Assembly: GCA_963785305.1 (NCBI GenBank)
Contig: CAWAUV010000007.1
Span: 1,344,001 to 1,408,000, forward strand
Source of the DNA: an uncultured Planctomycetaceae bacterium
Lineage (GTDB): Bacteria; Planctomycetota; Planctomycetia; Pirellulales; PALSA-1355
Length of the DNA: 64,000 nucleotides
Direction of reading: 5' to 3'
Made by a program: the position numbers and the translations under genes. Below, in pieces: positions 23,131 through 35,415 of this stretch (its first letter is position 1; every line of letters begins with the position of its first letter). A model generated the notes under the pieces. It did not search any database and had not been told where the DNA came from. It saw nothing but the letters and a program-made list of their open reading frames with translations.

Positions 23131-23589
23131 ATGATGCCCGACGACGCGTATGATGATTTTGGTCAACGCCCAGCGGCGGCGTATCGCGACGCCGCCGAGG
23201 ACGACAACCACCTGCGACTGCTTTCGATCTTCCATTATGTCGTCGCCGGCATCACCGCGTTGTTTGGCTGTTTTCCGTTCATTCATCTGACGCTCGGCAT
23301 CGCGATGCTCACCGGCGCCTTGCCCCAAAACCGGCCGGGGGACCAGGAGGCGATGACGTTCATCGGCGGCATGTTCGTCGTGATCGCCGCGATCATCATC
23401 GCCTGTCTTTGGACGCTCGCCGCGGCGATGTTCTTCGCGGCGCGAATGCTCGCCGCGCACCGCCACTACACCTATTGCCTCGTCGTGGCGGCAATCGAAT
23501 GCTTGCTCATGCCGTTTGGCACGGTGCTCGGAGTGTTCACGTTGATCGTGCTGACGCGCCCCTCGGTAAAAGCGGACTTCGGCCAATAA
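23131..23589 (+). CDS. Hypothetical membrane protein
   Basis: HLRLLSIFHYV, three to four TM segments, PFGTVLGVFTLIVL.RPSVK. Confidence 0.8.
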   Translation: MMPDDAYDDFGQRPAAAYRDAAEDDNHLRLLSIFHYVVAGITALFGCFPFIHLTLGIAMLTGALPQNRPGDQEAMTFIGGMFVVIAAIIIACLWTLAAAMFFAARMLAAHRHYTYCLVVAAIECLLMPFGTVLGVFTLIVLTRPSVKADFGQ

Positions 23590-23746
23590 GCGGCAAGCCG
23601 GACCGGCGGGCGCCGCGGGCGGCGGCTTGACAAACCGACGGGCGCGACGCAGAATCCAGCACTCGTTCGGCGCCCGATTCGGGGCTTCGTTTGAATTTCC
23701 CGGCGCCCCCCCTGCCCTCTCCGACCCACGATCGCGAAACGCTCTT

Positions 23747-24139
23747 ATGCCGCTCGAAGGTTTTGCAACCGCCGTCCATGCGGAATATCTCGCTCCCGGC
23801 GCGGGAATCCTTCCCCCGGACGATATCCTTTCGTCGCCAGGCGATTGCCGCGCGTTTTTGGTTCCGGGCAGCGATCCATCGCCAATCGATCCCCGCCCGA
23901 GGCCGCCCGTCGTGGCGACCGACGAGGACGACGACGAGGACCTGCCGGATGTCGACCCCGCTGATGTCGTGCCGGTGATCGATCCGGTCGATGATTTCGA
24001 CGAAGATGACTTCGACGACGACTTCGACGACGACTTCGAGGAAGAGCTCGACGACGACGATGACGACGACTCGACGCCGCCCGAAATCGACGACGACAAA
24101 GACGACGAGGATTTCAACGAAGAAGTCGATGACGAATGA
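23747..24139 (+). CDS. Small highly acidic, low-complexity protein
   Basis: C-terminal half is mostly D/E (DDFDEDDFDDDFDDDFEEE); start uncertain. Confidence 0.55.
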   Translation: MPLEGFATAVHAEYLAPGAGILPPDDILSSPGDCRAFLVPGSDPSPIDPRPRPPVVATDEDDDEDLPDVDPADVVPVIDPVDDFDEDDFDDDFDDDFEEELDDDDDDDSTPPEIDDDKDDEDFNEEVDDE

Positions 24140-24258
24140 ACTAGCAGCCTGTTGAATTATTCAAGAGGCGGCTAGGCGAGGCCGGGACCGAAGGCTCGCC
24201 CGGCCGGGGCGCCTTCCATCCTCTCGGGCTTTGATTTGGCTTGATCGAAGTTGGTTCC

Positions 24259-25470
24259 ATGGATTCGTCGTCGCTTGAGTTGTCGCGGGAAATCGCCCGC
24301 GGCGAGTTCGTCTTTGCCACCTGCCAAGTCGGCGCCGAGGTCGCGCTCAAGGCGGAAGTGGCCACGCTGAAGCCCGAATGGCGACTGGCGTTTTCCCGGC
24401 CGGGCTTTCTCACGTTCAAAACCGCGGGCCCCGTCGATCTTTCCGAGTCGCTCGGAGCAGTGTTTGCCCGAAGCTGGGGCCTTTCGCTCGGCAAGGTCGA
24501 ATCCGGCGGCGGCGAAGGCGATGGCGTCGAAGCGAGCTCGCTCGACGCATTGGCTCAAAAAGTCGTGCGATTCGTCGATCGGGCCGCGTTCGACCGATTG
24601 CATGTTTGGCAGCGTGACACGGCGCCGGCCGGCCGTGGCGCCTTCGAGCCCCTGCCGACGCCGCTCGCCATCGAAGCCAAGTCCGCGGTCGCCGCCGCGC
24701 TTCAGGCCGCGCAGCCGGAAGCCGGCTCGCGGGGGCCATTATCCCTATCCCTCGGACCGGCGACGCTCGGAGAACGCGTGCTCGACTGCGTGATCGTCGA
24801 GCCGGGCTCCTGGTGGATCGGCTGGCACTCGGCCACGCTCGATCCGGCAACCTGCTGGGAAGGCGGCGCCCCGACGATCGAACCGCCCAGCGAACCGATC
24901 TCGCGCGCGTATTTCAAAATGGAAGAGGCGCTCCGCTGGTCGCGCCTTCCGGCCCAGGCCGGCCAGCGCTGGGCCGAGATCGGCTGCGCTCCCGGCGGCG
25001 CCAGCCAAGCCCTGCTCCAGCGCGGCATGCATGTGCTGGGCCTCGACCCGGCCGAAGTCGATCCGCGGCTCGCCGAGGAGCCGCGGTTCAAGCATTTGCG
25101 CATGCGGGCCGCCGATGCCCGGCGACGCGAATTTCGCGATATTCGCTGGCTCGCCGCCGATATCAATGTGGCGCCCGAATACACGCTCGACGCCGTGGAG
25201 GCGATCGTCGGTCATTCCTCGGTGTCGATCGAGGGCCTCCTGCTCACGCTCAAGCTGCTCGACTGGCGGCTGGCGGCCGAAGTGCCGGCGTATCTCGAGC
25301 GGATTCGCTCTTGGGGCTATCCTCGGGCGCGGGCTCGGCAACTGGCTTTTAACCGCCAGGAAATTTGCGTGGCGGCTCTGCGAGAGCCCCAGCGCCGCCC
25401 GAGCGGTCGCAGCCGCGCGAGCAAACAGAGCTCGCCCAGCCGGCTCAAGCCGCGGCGCAAGCGGCTGTGA
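24259..25470 (+). CDS. RlmM-like (FtsJ family) SAM-dependent RNA methyltransferase
   Basis: ISRAYFKMEEA, EIGCAPGG, LAADIN, LTLKL. Confidence 0.8.
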   Translation: MDSSSLELSREIARGEFVFATCQVGAEVALKAEVATLKPEWRLAFSRPGFLTFKTAGPVDLSESLGAVFARSWGLSLGKVESGGGEGDGVEASSLDALAQKVVRFVDRAAFDRLHVWQRDTAPAGRGAFEPLPTPLAIEAKSAVAAALQAAQPEAGSRGPLSLSLGPATLGERVLDCVIVEPGSWWIGWHSATLDPATCWEGGAPTIEPPSEPISRAYFKMEEALRWSRLPAQAGQRWAEIGCAPGGASQALLQRGMHVLGLDPAEVDPRLAEEPRFKHLRMRAADARRREFRDIRWLAADINVAPEYTLDAVEAIVGHSSVSIEGLLLTLKLLDWRLAAEVPAYLERIRSWGYPRARARQLAFNRQEICVAALREPQRRPSGRSRASKQSSPSRLKPRRKRL

Positions 25471-25508
25471 CCCGAGGATCGGAAGCGGCGCCGGCGATGC
25501 GGATGGCG

Positions 25509-25823
25509 TCACTCGGGCAGGGCGACTTGAATCGCATCGCCCTCGACGCGCGTCGGATACACATCGGTGTTGATCCGCGGATTGTCGCGCCAACAGCCAT
25601 CGGTCACGCGAAAGCGCCATCCATGCCAGGGACACGCCACGGTCTCTTCGCAGAGATCGCCCTCGGCCAGCGATGCGCCCTGATGGGGACAAATATCATT
25701 GATCGCGGCATACCTTCCCTCGCCAAGATTGAACACGGCCACAAGCTGATCGCCCACGGGAAAGGCCCGGCCCGAGTTGGGCGGAATATCGCCGACTTTG
25801 GCGACGGTCACGAAGGCTGGCAT
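25509..25823 (-). CDS. Rieske [2Fe-2S] ferredoxin (NirD-like)
   Basis: CPHQGASL and CPWHGWRF Rieske motifs. Confidence 0.92.
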   Translation of the reverse strand: MPAFVTVAKVGDIPPNSGRAFPVGDQLVAVFNLGEGRYAAINDICPHQGASLAEGDLCEETVACPWHGWRFRVTDGCWRDNPRINTDVYPTRVEGDAIQVALPE

Positions 25824-26149
25824 GTGCTCTCTCTCGGGGCTCGGGGGTCGTTTGTGTTTGCGCGGCGCTGGACAGCGGCTTCCGGCGCCGCGCTGCGGTA
25901 ACAGACCGCTAAAAGCATGGGAAGTGGCCGCGTTCGTGTCAAATCGGTCGCGACGCAACCGCTAGGGCCGCGGCGCGAGGTTCCAAGATTGCCGCAACAT
26001 CGGTCGCCAATACCGGGTCGCCCACGGAATGCGCCGCCAATTCGGAAATCGTCGCTTCTGGCACATGTCTTGCAACAAAGGTTTTGTTAATACAAACGGC
26101 CGCGAGCCAACCCGAAAAACGATGTTCTGCCTCGGAAGGAGCAACAATC

Positions 26150-26383
26150 ATGGCCAGCGAAGAACATGGCGAATGGGGCCTCTGCAAGGACTGCAAATGG
26201 TGGCAAATCGAGCCGAAAGCATCGGCCGAAAACCTGACGCTGGGCCTCTGCATCGACGAAGAGTTGCAGCCCTACAAGCTGCGAGTGTCGGGCAATAGCG
26301 GCTGCAATCGCTTCATGTCCGGAAAGCCCGCCCATGCCCGCGGCTCGAGCGCCGCGCCGCCGACAGCCGAGCCGGCGCGATGA
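26150..26383 (+). CDS. 77-aa four-cysteine protein (HiPIP-like spacing)
   Basis: AAGGAG RBS upstream; Cx2Cx18Cx17C. Confidence 0.7.
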   Translation: MASEEHGEWGLCKDCKWWQIEPKASAENLTLGLCIDEELQPYKLRVSGNSGCNRFMSGKPAHARGSSAAPPTAEPAR

Positions 26384-26577
26384 GAACTCCGCCGTCCAGG
26401 CGACGGCGACCCGTGTTTTTTTTCCCGCGACTCGCGAGATAGCCATCCGACGTTGATTTTGACAAATCGGATGTTTACATAGCAAATGGTAGCCGGGCGA
26501 CAGACCCAAGAGTTTGGCGCTCGGCTACCATTTTTGCCGCGCGGAGCGTGGCATTCTTCCCCCGGGGGGAAGAGCCT

Positions 26578-27741
26578 TCACTTCTTTTTCCTCGAGCCCG
26601 ATGTTTTGGCTTTCGGCTTGGTCTCGCCCGAGTCGAATTTCACCATTCGGAGCACCGACTTTTCCTTGTCGACCTCGAACTTGAATTTGCCCAAGAAACT
26701 CATGCCCAGCAGCGCGGGTGCGTTCACCGCCCGGGCGTCGAGCACGATGCACTCCACATCGTCGACGATGAACTTCCCAACTCGCACCGAGGGAATTGTC
26801 GTCAGGGTGGCGGGCGCCGTGCTGCCATCGGCCAAGCCGACCGTGATCTTTTGATCTTGCGACTTCGGTTCAATGCCCACTTCCTTGGCCAGGGCATAGG
26901 GCAATGAAATGGCCGTGGCCCCGGAATCGACCACGAGCTTTTTGCGATGCGTGCCATTGAACACCACATCGACCCACATTCCGCCTTGCTCGAGCGCGAG
27001 CGGAATCGCCTCGGTAAGCATCGTGTGCTCCAATGCTTGGAGTCGCTTTTCCGTGGCGACGAAGCCGGCGCCGGGGGTCAATTTGAGCTTGGTTCCCGCG
27101 GCGGCGTTTTCCGCTTCGACCGCTTTTTGCAAGGCCGGGTCGGCGGCGAGCTTTGTCCATTGCTGGGAGATACTGTCGGCCAGCACGCGCATGCCCATGA
27201 GTTGCTCGATGAAGGTCTCGCGGAGATCGCTTGATTTGGCGCGGGCCGTCTTCAGCCGGTCGCCTTCGCTTTTTTGCTTCTCGATCAGGAGGTCGACCTG
27301 GCCGGCCACCGCGTTGAGCGCGCCGACGAGTTGATTATGCTGCACCGGGTCGTTGGCCCCCGTGAGCGCGGCGCTCAGTTCGACATGCTTGGTCTTGAGC
27401 TCCGTGATCTGACGTTTGATCTCCTCGATGCCGGCTTCGATCTCTTGCGACTCCTGCTCGGCCTCGACCAGCGCCTTCTTTTGGACCGCCGCTTCGCGAA
27501 GCTGCTTGGTGAGCGTGGCTTCGTCGGCTAGCGAGAGCGAACTGCCCACGGCCTTGAGCCCGGCGGCTTCGAGCGCGGCTTTATTGGGACTGGCCGCCGG
27601 CTTGTCGGCCGAAGTTTTTCTGACCGGCGTCGCTGGCGCATCGGCGGCTTGCGCCGCGCCCGCGGCCAAGACGCCGCAGCCGGCCAGGGCAATCGCGAAC
27701 CGAAAACCGCCGCCGAAGAACCGCAAGTGCGATCGTTGCAT
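26578..27741 (-). CDS. Secreted clan AA (retropepsin-like) aspartic protease with coiled-coil N-terminus
   Basis: Signal peptide, coiled coil, LVVDSGAT, LADG, LLGMSFL. Confidence 0.85.
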   Translation of the reverse strand: MQRSHLRFFGGGFRFAIALAGCGVLAAGAAQAADAPATPVRKTSADKPAASPNKAALEAAGLKAVGSSLSLADEATLTKQLREAAVQKKALVEAEQESQEIEAGIEEIKRQITELKTKHVELSAALTGANDPVQHNQLVGALNAVAGQVDLLIEKQKSEGDRLKTARAKSSDLRETFIEQLMGMRVLADSISQQWTKLAADPALQKAVEAENAAAGTKLKLTPGAGFVATEKRLQALEHTMLTEAIPLALEQGGMWVDVVFNGTHRKKLVVDSGATAISLPYALAKEVGIEPKSQDQKITVGLADGSTAPATLTTIPSVRVGKFIVDDVECIVLDARAVNAPALLGMSFLGKFKFEVDKEKSVLRMVKFDSGETKPKAKTSGSRKKK

Positions 27742-27921
27742 GGGAATCACGGCCCTGTAGTTTGCAAACGGAATGAAAGGCGCCTGGAAAGAAATGTCGG
27801 TCAACACGCGGCGGCGAGGCACGGACGAAAAATAACTTCCTGTTCGCGACAATCCGCCGCTGGAAACGCATCGCCGGAGGATTGCCACCGAAAACGCGCC
27901 GCCAAAAACGCGGGCCGCTCT

Positions 27922-30684
27922 CTACTTCGATTCGCCGAGCAGCTTGCGAAGCACGGTCTGCAAGATGCCCCCATTGCGGTAGTATTCTAACTCGACCGGC
28001 GTATCGATGCGAGCTTTCGCCTTGAACTGCTTGGTTTCGCCGCCCGGTGTCGCGGCCAACACTTCGAGCTCGGCGCCGGGCTGGAACGCGGCGTCGAGGC
28101 CGTGGATCGTAAACAGTTCCTCGCCGGTGAGGCCGAGCGATTGCCACGTTTGGCCCTGCGGAAATTCGAGCGGCAAAACTCCCATGCCCACCAAGTTGCT
28201 GCGGTGAATGCGTTCGAAGCTCACGGCGATCACGGCCCGCACCCCGAGCAGAAATGTGCCCTTGGCCGCCCAATCGCGACTGCTGCCGGTGCCGTATTCG
28301 CTGCCCGCGAGCACCACCAGCGGCGTGTGCTCGGCTTTGTATTTCATCGCCGCGTCGTAAATGCTCAGCACTTCGCCATCGGGCAGGTGGCGCGTGACGC
28401 CGCCTTCGGTTCCGGGCGCCAAATGATTGCGAATGCGTATATTGGCGAATGTGCCGCGGGTCATCACTCGGTCGTTGCCGCGGCGGGCGCCATAGCTGTT
28501 GAAGTCGACCGGCTCGATGCCATGTTCCCGCAGAAATCGCCCGGCGGGACTCTTGGCCGCGATCGATCCGGCCGGAGAGATATGGTCGGTGGTCACCGAA
28601 TCGCCGAGCATCGCGAGCACGCGTGCTTTTTCAATCGGTTGCACCTGCTTCGGCTCGCGATTCAGGTCGACCAAGAACGGCGGCTCTTGGATATAGGTGC
28701 TCGCCGAGTCCCATTCATAGAGGTCGCCTTCGCTCGTGGGCAGCGCGTTCCATTTCTCATTCGAGCCGAGCACATTGCTATAGCGCTGGCGAAACATTTC
28801 CGGCAGCACGCTTTGTTCGACCGTGGCGGCCACTTCCTGGGCCGTGGGCCAGATTTCCTCGAGATACACCGGCTTGCCCTCGCGATCGGCCCCGAGCGGT
28901 TCGTGCAGTAGATCGACTTCCGTCGACCCGGCCAAGGCATAAGCGACCACCAGCGGCGGGCTGGCCAAATAATTGGCTTTGACCAGCGGATTCACGCGAC
29001 CCTCGAAATTGCGATTGCCGCTCAATACCGCCGACGCCACGAGATCGCCCTCGGTCACGGCCCGCGCCACCACCTCCGGCAGCGGGCCGCTATTGCCGAT
29101 ACAGGTCGTGCAACCATAGCCCACGGTGTTGAAGCCGAGCGCGTCGAGCGACGCGGTGAGCCCCGACTTATCGAGATAATCGGTCACGACGCGCGAGCCC
29201 GGAGCGAGGCTCGTTTTCACATAGGGTTTGACTTTCAGCCCTCGGGCCACGGCTTTTTTGGCCAGTAGCCCAGCGGCCACCATCACCGAGGGATTGCTCG
29301 TATTGGTGCAGCTCGTGATCGCCGCGATCACCACGGCGCCGTGGCCGATATCGCAGGTTTCCTTGGGCCCGCCGCAAGTCGATGCTCCCTCGGCCGCCAC
29401 ATGGCCGGTGCGCTCGAGCGCGGCGCTATCCAGGGCAAAGCCGCGCTCGGAGATCGGCGCCGAGAGCGCCTTGCGAAACGACTCTTTCATCGACCGCAGC
29501 GGCACGAGGTCTTGCGGACGCTTGGGCCCCGCCATGCTTGGCTCGACCTTCGCCAGATCGAGCGACATGGTCTTGGTGAATCGCGGCGGCGGCGAGCCAT
29601 CGGCCCGGAACAGGTGGTTTTCCTTGGCGTAGCGTTCCACGAGCGTGACTTCCGCGGCGGTCCGGCCGGTGCGGCGCAGATACTCGAGCGTCTCGACGTC
29701 GAAGGGAAAGAAGCCCATCGTGGCGCCATATTCGGGCGCCATATTGCCGATCGTGGCCCGGTCGGCCACTTTCATGTGCGACACGCCGGAGCCGAAGAAC
29801 TCGACGAACTTATTCACCACGCCGGCCTTGCGCAGAATCTGCGTCACGGTGAGCACCAGATCGGTGGCCGTGGCGCCGGGGGGAAGCTCGCCCGTGATTT
29901 CGAAACCGATCACTTCGGGCAGGAGCATATAAAGCGGCTGCCCGAGCATGACCGCTTCGGCCTCGATGCCGCCCACGCCCCAGCCCACCACGCCCAGGCC
30001 GTTGATCATCGTGGTGTGGCTATCGGTGCCCACGAGCGAATCAGGCACGGCCACGCGAGTCTTGCCACCGGTATGCGGATCGTCGCGCAGGAACACGCCC
30101 TTGGCCAGATACTCGAGGTTCACCTGATGCACGATGCCGACCGAAGGCGGCGTGACCCGAAAGTTTTGAAACGCCTTTTGTCCCCAGCGCAGGAATTCAT
30201 ATCGCTCGCGATTGCGGTCGAATTCCATGTCGACATTGAACTGGAGCGAGTCGGCGGCGCCGTAGTGGTCGACCTGCACCGAATGGTCGATCACGAGGTC
30301 GACCGGAATCAGGGGATTGATTCGTTTCGGGTCGCCGCCGAGACGGCGCATGGCTGCCCGCATGGCGGCGAGGTCCACGACGCAAGGCACGCCGGTAAAG
30401 TCTTGAAGCACGACCCGCGCCGGTTTGAAGGGAATTTCGACTCGAGCCGGCGCCGCGGCGTTCCAAGCGGCAATGTTCGTGATGTCGTCGGGCATGACCT
30501 GAAAGCCGTCGCAGGTCCGCAGCGCGGCCTCGAGGAGCACGCGAATCGAATACGGCAGTTCGGACAGCTTGGCTAGGCCCTGTTTTTCAAGCGCTTCGAG
30601 CCGGTAGACTCCGGCCTTTCCCTCGCCCGTTTCGAATTCGCCGCGGGCGCCGAAGGGATCGTTTTTGGAAGTGTTGCCAGTCAT
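27922..30684 (-). CDS. acnA: Aconitate hydratase A
   Basis: [51 protein letters not shown]. Confidence 0.97.
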   Translation of the reverse strand: MTGNTSKNDPFGARGEFETGEGKAGVYRLEALEKQGLAKLSELPYSIRVLLEAALRTCDGFQVMPDDITNIAAWNAAAPARVEIPFKPARVVLQDFTGVPCVVDLAAMRAAMRRLGGDPKRINPLIPVDLVIDHSVQVDHYGAADSLQFNVDMEFDRNRERYEFLRWGQKAFQNFRVTPPSVGIVHQVNLEYLAKGVFLRDDPHTGGKTRVAVPDSLVGTDSHTTMINGLGVVGWGVGGIEAEAVMLGQPLYMLLPEVIGFEITGELPPGATATDLVLTVTQILRKAGVVNKFVEFFGSGVSHMKVADRATIGNMAPEYGATMGFFPFDVETLEYLRRTGRTAAEVTLVERYAKENHLFRADGSPPPRFTKTMSLDLAKVEPSMAGPKRPQDLVPLRSMKESFRKALSAPISERGFALDSAALERTGHVAAEGASTCGGPKETCDIGHGAVVIAAITSCTNTSNPSVMVAAGLLAKKAVARGLKVKPYVKTSLAPGSRVVTDYLDKSGLTASLDALGFNTVGYGCTTCIGNSGPLPEVVARAVTEGDLVASAVLSGNRNFEGRVNPLVKANYLASPPLVVAYALAGSTEVDLLHEPLGADREGKPVYLEEIWPTAQEVAATVEQSVLPEMFRQRYSNVLGSNEKWNALPTSEGDLYEWDSASTYIQEPPFLVDLNREPKQVQPIEKARVLAMLGDSVTTDHISPAGSIAAKSPAGRFLREHGIEPVDFNSYGARRGNDRVMTRGTFANIRIRNHLAPGTEGGVTRHLPDGEVLSIYDAAMKYKAEHTPLVVLAGSEYGTGSSRDWAAKGTFLLGVRAVIAVSFERIHRSNLVGMGVLPLEFPQGQTWQSLGLTGEELFTIHGLDAAFQPGAELEVLAATPGGETKQFKAKARIDTPVELEYYRNGGILQTVLRKLLGESK

Positions 30685-30951
30685 GGTGTTTTTACGCCTC
30701 TTTGCCACTCGTTTACGGGAACCGGATCGAGACGGGTGGGGGATTGGGAATGATTGTAACGAATCGACCACGCCTTGTCTGGGGAGCGCCGGCAAGTTCG
30801 CGGGGCGCAAAGAAAAACTCGCGCCGCTTTATGCTTGCTCGTCGGCTGGATGAACCTAGATTTGCGTGGTTCCCCCCGACCGCCCGCGCTCCGCGGCGCG
30901 ATGTCGATCCGCGACCACTTTCCCTTGCCCCGAAGCCGGCGATCGTCCCCC

Positions 30952-32688
30952 ATGCCAGAATCTCCGTCGAATGAAGAGAGTGTTTTGGCCCGGCTCATGA
31001 GCCAAGCCAAGGCAAGCATGACAGACTCGGGCAGTTTTCCGGCCCTGCGCGGCGGGCCGCAACCCGGACCCGCGACCAAACGCGAGGACAAGCTGGAAGA
31101 GCTGGTCCGCCGGATTCAAGAGATCAGCGGCGGCGCCGCGCGAGGACCGGCCGCCGAGCCTTCGACGCGCGCCGAATTGCTTGTCCGCTCCGAGGGCTCC
31201 GGCAAATCCGAAACCGCCTCGAAACCGGCCCTGTCGGCGAGCTTTCCGCCCGCGAATTTCGCGTCGAACAATTCGCCACCCGCCGGAATCGCCGAACAAC
31301 GCGCCGTTGAATTCAAACCGGCCGGGCTCTCGGCGCCCGATGTTCTCGCGGCCTCGGGCGCCCACTTGCTGGGCGCGGCGGCGTTGGCCGCGCGTCCGAC
31401 GAGCATTGCCCGCGGCGTGGCGGAGCCCGAAGTCTTTATTCCCAAGGACCCCACCACGCTGCTCGAGGCCCAGCTCAGCGAAAGCGAAGTCGAGGCGCTG
31501 ATCCTCAAGCTGCTCCTGGCACGCGGCGAATCGACCGGTCGCTCGGCGGCCGAACACATCCGGCTTTCGTTCCGACTGCTCGACCACTTGCTCTTGCAAA
31601 TGAAGCAAGACTATTTGGTCGTACACAAGGGCGCGGCCCCGATGAACGACTACACGTATCAACTCACCGATTTGGGCCGCGAGCGGGCTCGGCGGCTCTG
31701 GGCGCATTGCACCTATTTCGGCGCCGCGCCGGTTTCGCTCAAGGACTATTTGGAAGCGGTCAAACTCCAGTCGCTCACCCAGCAGCATCCCACGGTCGCG
31801 CATCTGCGCCGCGCGTTCGAAGACCTCGTGATCAACCCGCGCACCCTCGAACGGCTCGGACCGGCGATCAATTCCGGACGCGGCCTGTTTCTCTACGGCG
31901 CCGCGGGCAACGGCAAAACGAGCATCGCCGAACGCGTGACCAAGGCGTTTGGCGAAACGATCTGGATTCCGCGGGCCATCGGCATCGACGGCGAAATCAT
32001 CCGGCTGTTCGACCCTTGCAACCATGAAGAAGCGCCGCCCGAAGCCGGCGCCGGCTTGCTCGACCAATCGTTTTACGACAAGCGCTGGGTGCGCATCCGG
32101 CGGCCGACGATCGTGGTTGGCGGCGAACTGACGATGGACAATCTGGAAGTCACGCTCAACACCTCGACCGGCATCAGCGAAGCGCCGATGCAGCTCAAGA
32201 GCAATTGCGGCACGCTGGTGATCGACGATTTCGGCCGGCAAAAGATGGCGATCGACGAGTTGCTCAATCGCTGGATCGTGCCGCTCGAAAAGCGGCATGA
32301 CTACTTGAACTTACCCAATGGCAAGAAAATCCAGGTGCCGTTCGATCAGTTAATTATCTTCTCGACGAACCTGCAGCCCAAGGACTTGGTCGACGACGCC
32401 TTTTTGCGCCGCATTCCCTACAAGATCGAAGTGCATGACCCCACGGCCGAAGAATTCCACGAGCTGTTTCGCGTGATGACGCCGAAGCTGGGTTTCGTAT
32501 ACGACAAGGCTCTCATCGACTATTTGATCGAGAAGCATTACCGCGCCGTGGGCCGCCCGTTCCGCTGCTGCCACCCGCGCGATCTCTTGATGCAGGCCCG
32601 CAACCGCTGCATGTATCTCGCCCAGCCGCTCGAGCTCACGCGGGAATGCCTCGACTTCGCGGTTGAGAATTATTTCGTGCTGATGTGA
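30952..32688 (+). CDS. AAA-family ATPase with disordered N-terminus
   Basis: Walker [28 protein letters not shown]; start uncertain. Confidence 0.85.
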   Translation: MPESPSNEESVLARLMSQAKASMTDSGSFPALRGGPQPGPATKREDKLEELVRRIQEISGGAARGPAAEPSTRAELLVRSEGSGKSETASKPALSASFPPANFASNNSPPAGIAEQRAVEFKPAGLSAPDVLAASGAHLLGAAALAARPTSIARGVAEPEVFIPKDPTTLLEAQLSESEVEALILKLLLARGESTGRSAAEHIRLSFRLLDHLLLQMKQDYLVVHKGAAPMNDYTYQLTDLGRERARRLWAHCTYFGAAPVSLKDYLEAVKLQSLTQQHPTVAHLRRAFEDLVINPRTLERLGPAINSGRGLFLYGAAGNGKTSIAERVTKAFGETIWIPRAIGIDGEIIRLFDPCNHEEAPPEAGAGLLDQSFYDKRWVRIRRPTIVVGGELTMDNLEVTLNTSTGISEAPMQLKSNCGTLVIDDFGRQKMAIDELLNRWIVPLEKRHDYLNLPNGKKIQVPFDQLIIFSTNLQPKDLVDDAFLRRIPYKIEVHDPTAEEFHELFRVMTPKLGFVYDKALIDYLIEKHYRAVGRPFRCCHPRDLLMQARNRCMYLAQPLELTRECLDFAVENYFVLM

Positions 32689-33086
32689 GCCGGCTTTTCG
32701 ACGCTCGCAACCGCGGGGCGCCAAACGCCGCGCCTCATTTCGCGACCGCGGCGCCCGCGATGCAGCCCCAGCCCGCGCATCCGACGCCAGGACACTATCG
32801 CGATTTGGACTTCCCCCAACGCCGCCTCATTCCTCCTGTCTTCGGCGTGTTCGTCGTGCCCGTCGTGTTAAAGTACTGCCTTGGCTTCAGCGAACAAAAG
32901 AAGATTTAAACACGACGACACGAAGCACGCGACGCAGGAAAGCAGCGGAGAAAAACAACGCGCTCCACCAACGCCGCGTGAATTTGTTGTTGGACGTGGA
33001 GCGAGCGCACGGCGTGGGCAGGGCACGCGATGATTCAGCCGCGTGGACAGGTTTATGACGAACCGGGCGCCCCGCCCGATACTCGC

Positions 33087-35177
33087 TCACGCCTTGGCCG
33101 CGGCCATCGACTCTTTCGCCGCCGCCACGACGTGATCCGTCGTGATACCGAAGTAGGTGTACAGCTTCGAATAGGGCCCCGAGGCGCCGAAGCCGCGCAT
33201 GCCCACGAATCGGCCCTTGGGACCTAGGTAACGCTCCCAGCCGAATTGCTCGGCCGCTTCCACCGCCACGCGGGCCGTCACGCTCGGCGGCAACACGCTG
33301 TCGCGATAGGCTTCGCTCTGCTCGGCGAAAAACTCCCAGCTGGGCAGGCTCACCACACGGGCCTTGACGCCTTCTTTGGTCAGCCGCTCGTAGGCCTCGA
33401 CCGCGAGCGACAACTCGCTGCCGGTGCCCATCAGGATCACTTCCGGCTTGCCATCGGCGGCGTCGGCCAGAATATAGCCGCCCTTTTGGAGTCCGGCGGC
33501 GGGAGCGTATTTCGCGCGATCGAGCGTCGGCAGATTTTGCCGGGTAAGCACGATAATCGCCGGCCGATCCTTGAGCGGCACAATCGACCGCCAAGCTTCC
33601 GCCACTTCGTTCGCGTCGCCCGGTCGCAGCACGATCAGGCCGGGAATCGCCCGCGCGGCGGCCAGATGCTCGATCGGCTGATGCGTGGGCCCGTCTTCGC
33701 CCACGCCGATCGAATCGTGCGTGAATACGATGATCGACGGCAGCTTCATGATCGAGGCCAATCGCAGGGACGGGCGCAGATAATCGCTAAACACGAAGAA
33801 CGTGGCTCCGAACGCGCGCACATACGACAGGCACATGCCATTCACGGCGGCCGTCATGCCATGTTCGCGAATGCCGAAGTGGAAATTGCGGCCCATATAG
33901 TGGCCAGGCTCGAACGAACCTTCGAACACCGCGCCATCGAGCTTGGTCATGGTCGAGGGAGCGAGATCGCCGGCCCCGCCGATGAGCCATGGCACATTCT
34001 TGGCGATGGCGTTGAGCACCTTGCCGCCCGAGATGCGCGTGGCCATGCCCTTGGCGTCGGCCGGGAAGATGGGAATATCCTTGTCCCAGCCCTTGGGCAG
34101 TTCGCGGGCTTCCATCAGCCGCCATTCCTCGGCCAGTTCGGGATGGGCCTTCTTGTATTCGTCGAACATCGCCCGCCAAGCCGTGCTTTCCTTCTTACCC
34201 GCGCGCCGATGCCCGCGGAGAAATGGGCCGTGACTTCCGGCGGCACGAGAAACTGGGCGTCTTCGGGCCAGTCGTAGAACTTCTTCGTCAGCTTGATTTC
34301 ATCGGCGCCTAGCGGACTGCCGTGCGCCTCGTGGGTGTCTTGCTTGTGGGGGGAGCCATAGCCAATGTGGCTGCGCACGATGATCAGCGTGGGCTTATCC
34401 TCGGTGGCCAGGAATTCCTTGTAAGCGGCGCCGCAGCGCGGCCAGATCGTTGGCGTCGGCCACATGGATCACATGCCACCCCAGGCCCTCGAATCGCCGG
34501 CCCACGTCCTCGCTAAAAGCGAGCTCGGTGTTGCCTTCGATCGTGATATGGTTGTCGTCGTAGATCCAGCAGAGGTTCGAGAGCTTCAGGTGGCCGGCGA
34601 TCGAGGCCGCCTCTTGGCTCACGCCCTCCATCATGTCGCCATCGCTGCACATCGCGTAAATGTCGTAGCCGAACAGATCGAAGCCCGGCTTATTGAAATG
34701 CGACGCCAACCACCGCTCGGCCACGGCGAACCCCACGCTCGTGCCCACGCCCTGCCCGAGCGGGCCGGTCGTGATCTCGACGCCGGTCGTTTCGAAATGC
34801 TCCGGATGCCCCGGGCAGCGGCTATGCAATTGGCGGAAATTCTTGATGTCCTCGAGCCGCACCGCCAGTTCGCCGATCGGCTTGTCGCCCTTGTACTGCT
34901 CGACGCCAGCCAAGTGCAGAACGGAATACAGCAGCATCGAAGCATGGCCACACGAGAGAACGAAGCGGTCGCGATTCGGCCAAAGCGGGTCTTTCGGATC
35001 GTAGTTCAGTGTCTCGTTCCACAGCGTATAAGCCACCGGGGCGAGCGCCATGGGAGTGCCGGGGTGACCGCTGTTGGCGGCCTGCACGGCGTCCATCGAC
35101 AGGGTGCGAATCGTGTTGATCGACAACATTTCGATGTCGGTGGCGTGAACGGCCGAACTAGGCGATGGTTTTTGCAT
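33087..35177 (-). CDS. tkt: Transketolase (frameshifts near 34430 and 34175)
   Basis: [45 protein letters not shown]. Confidence 0.95.
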
Positions 35178-35415
35178 AACAAGGCTTTGGCGAAAAGAAT
35201 GGACTTCCAATGAAACCACGAACGATGCTCGCGCCTCCGCAAGGGCGCAATAAGGCCGGCCGCGAGCGCCGGTTGAGTTTAGAAATCGCGGGCCGACCCG
35301 TCAACGACGAGGCCCCGGGCGCGTTGGCCCCCGCGACCAGCAAAACGCGACCCGAACGGCGGAAAACCCGCTGGCAGGCGCCAAAAGCGCGAACCGCTTC
35401 GCCCGTCGAGGCTTA

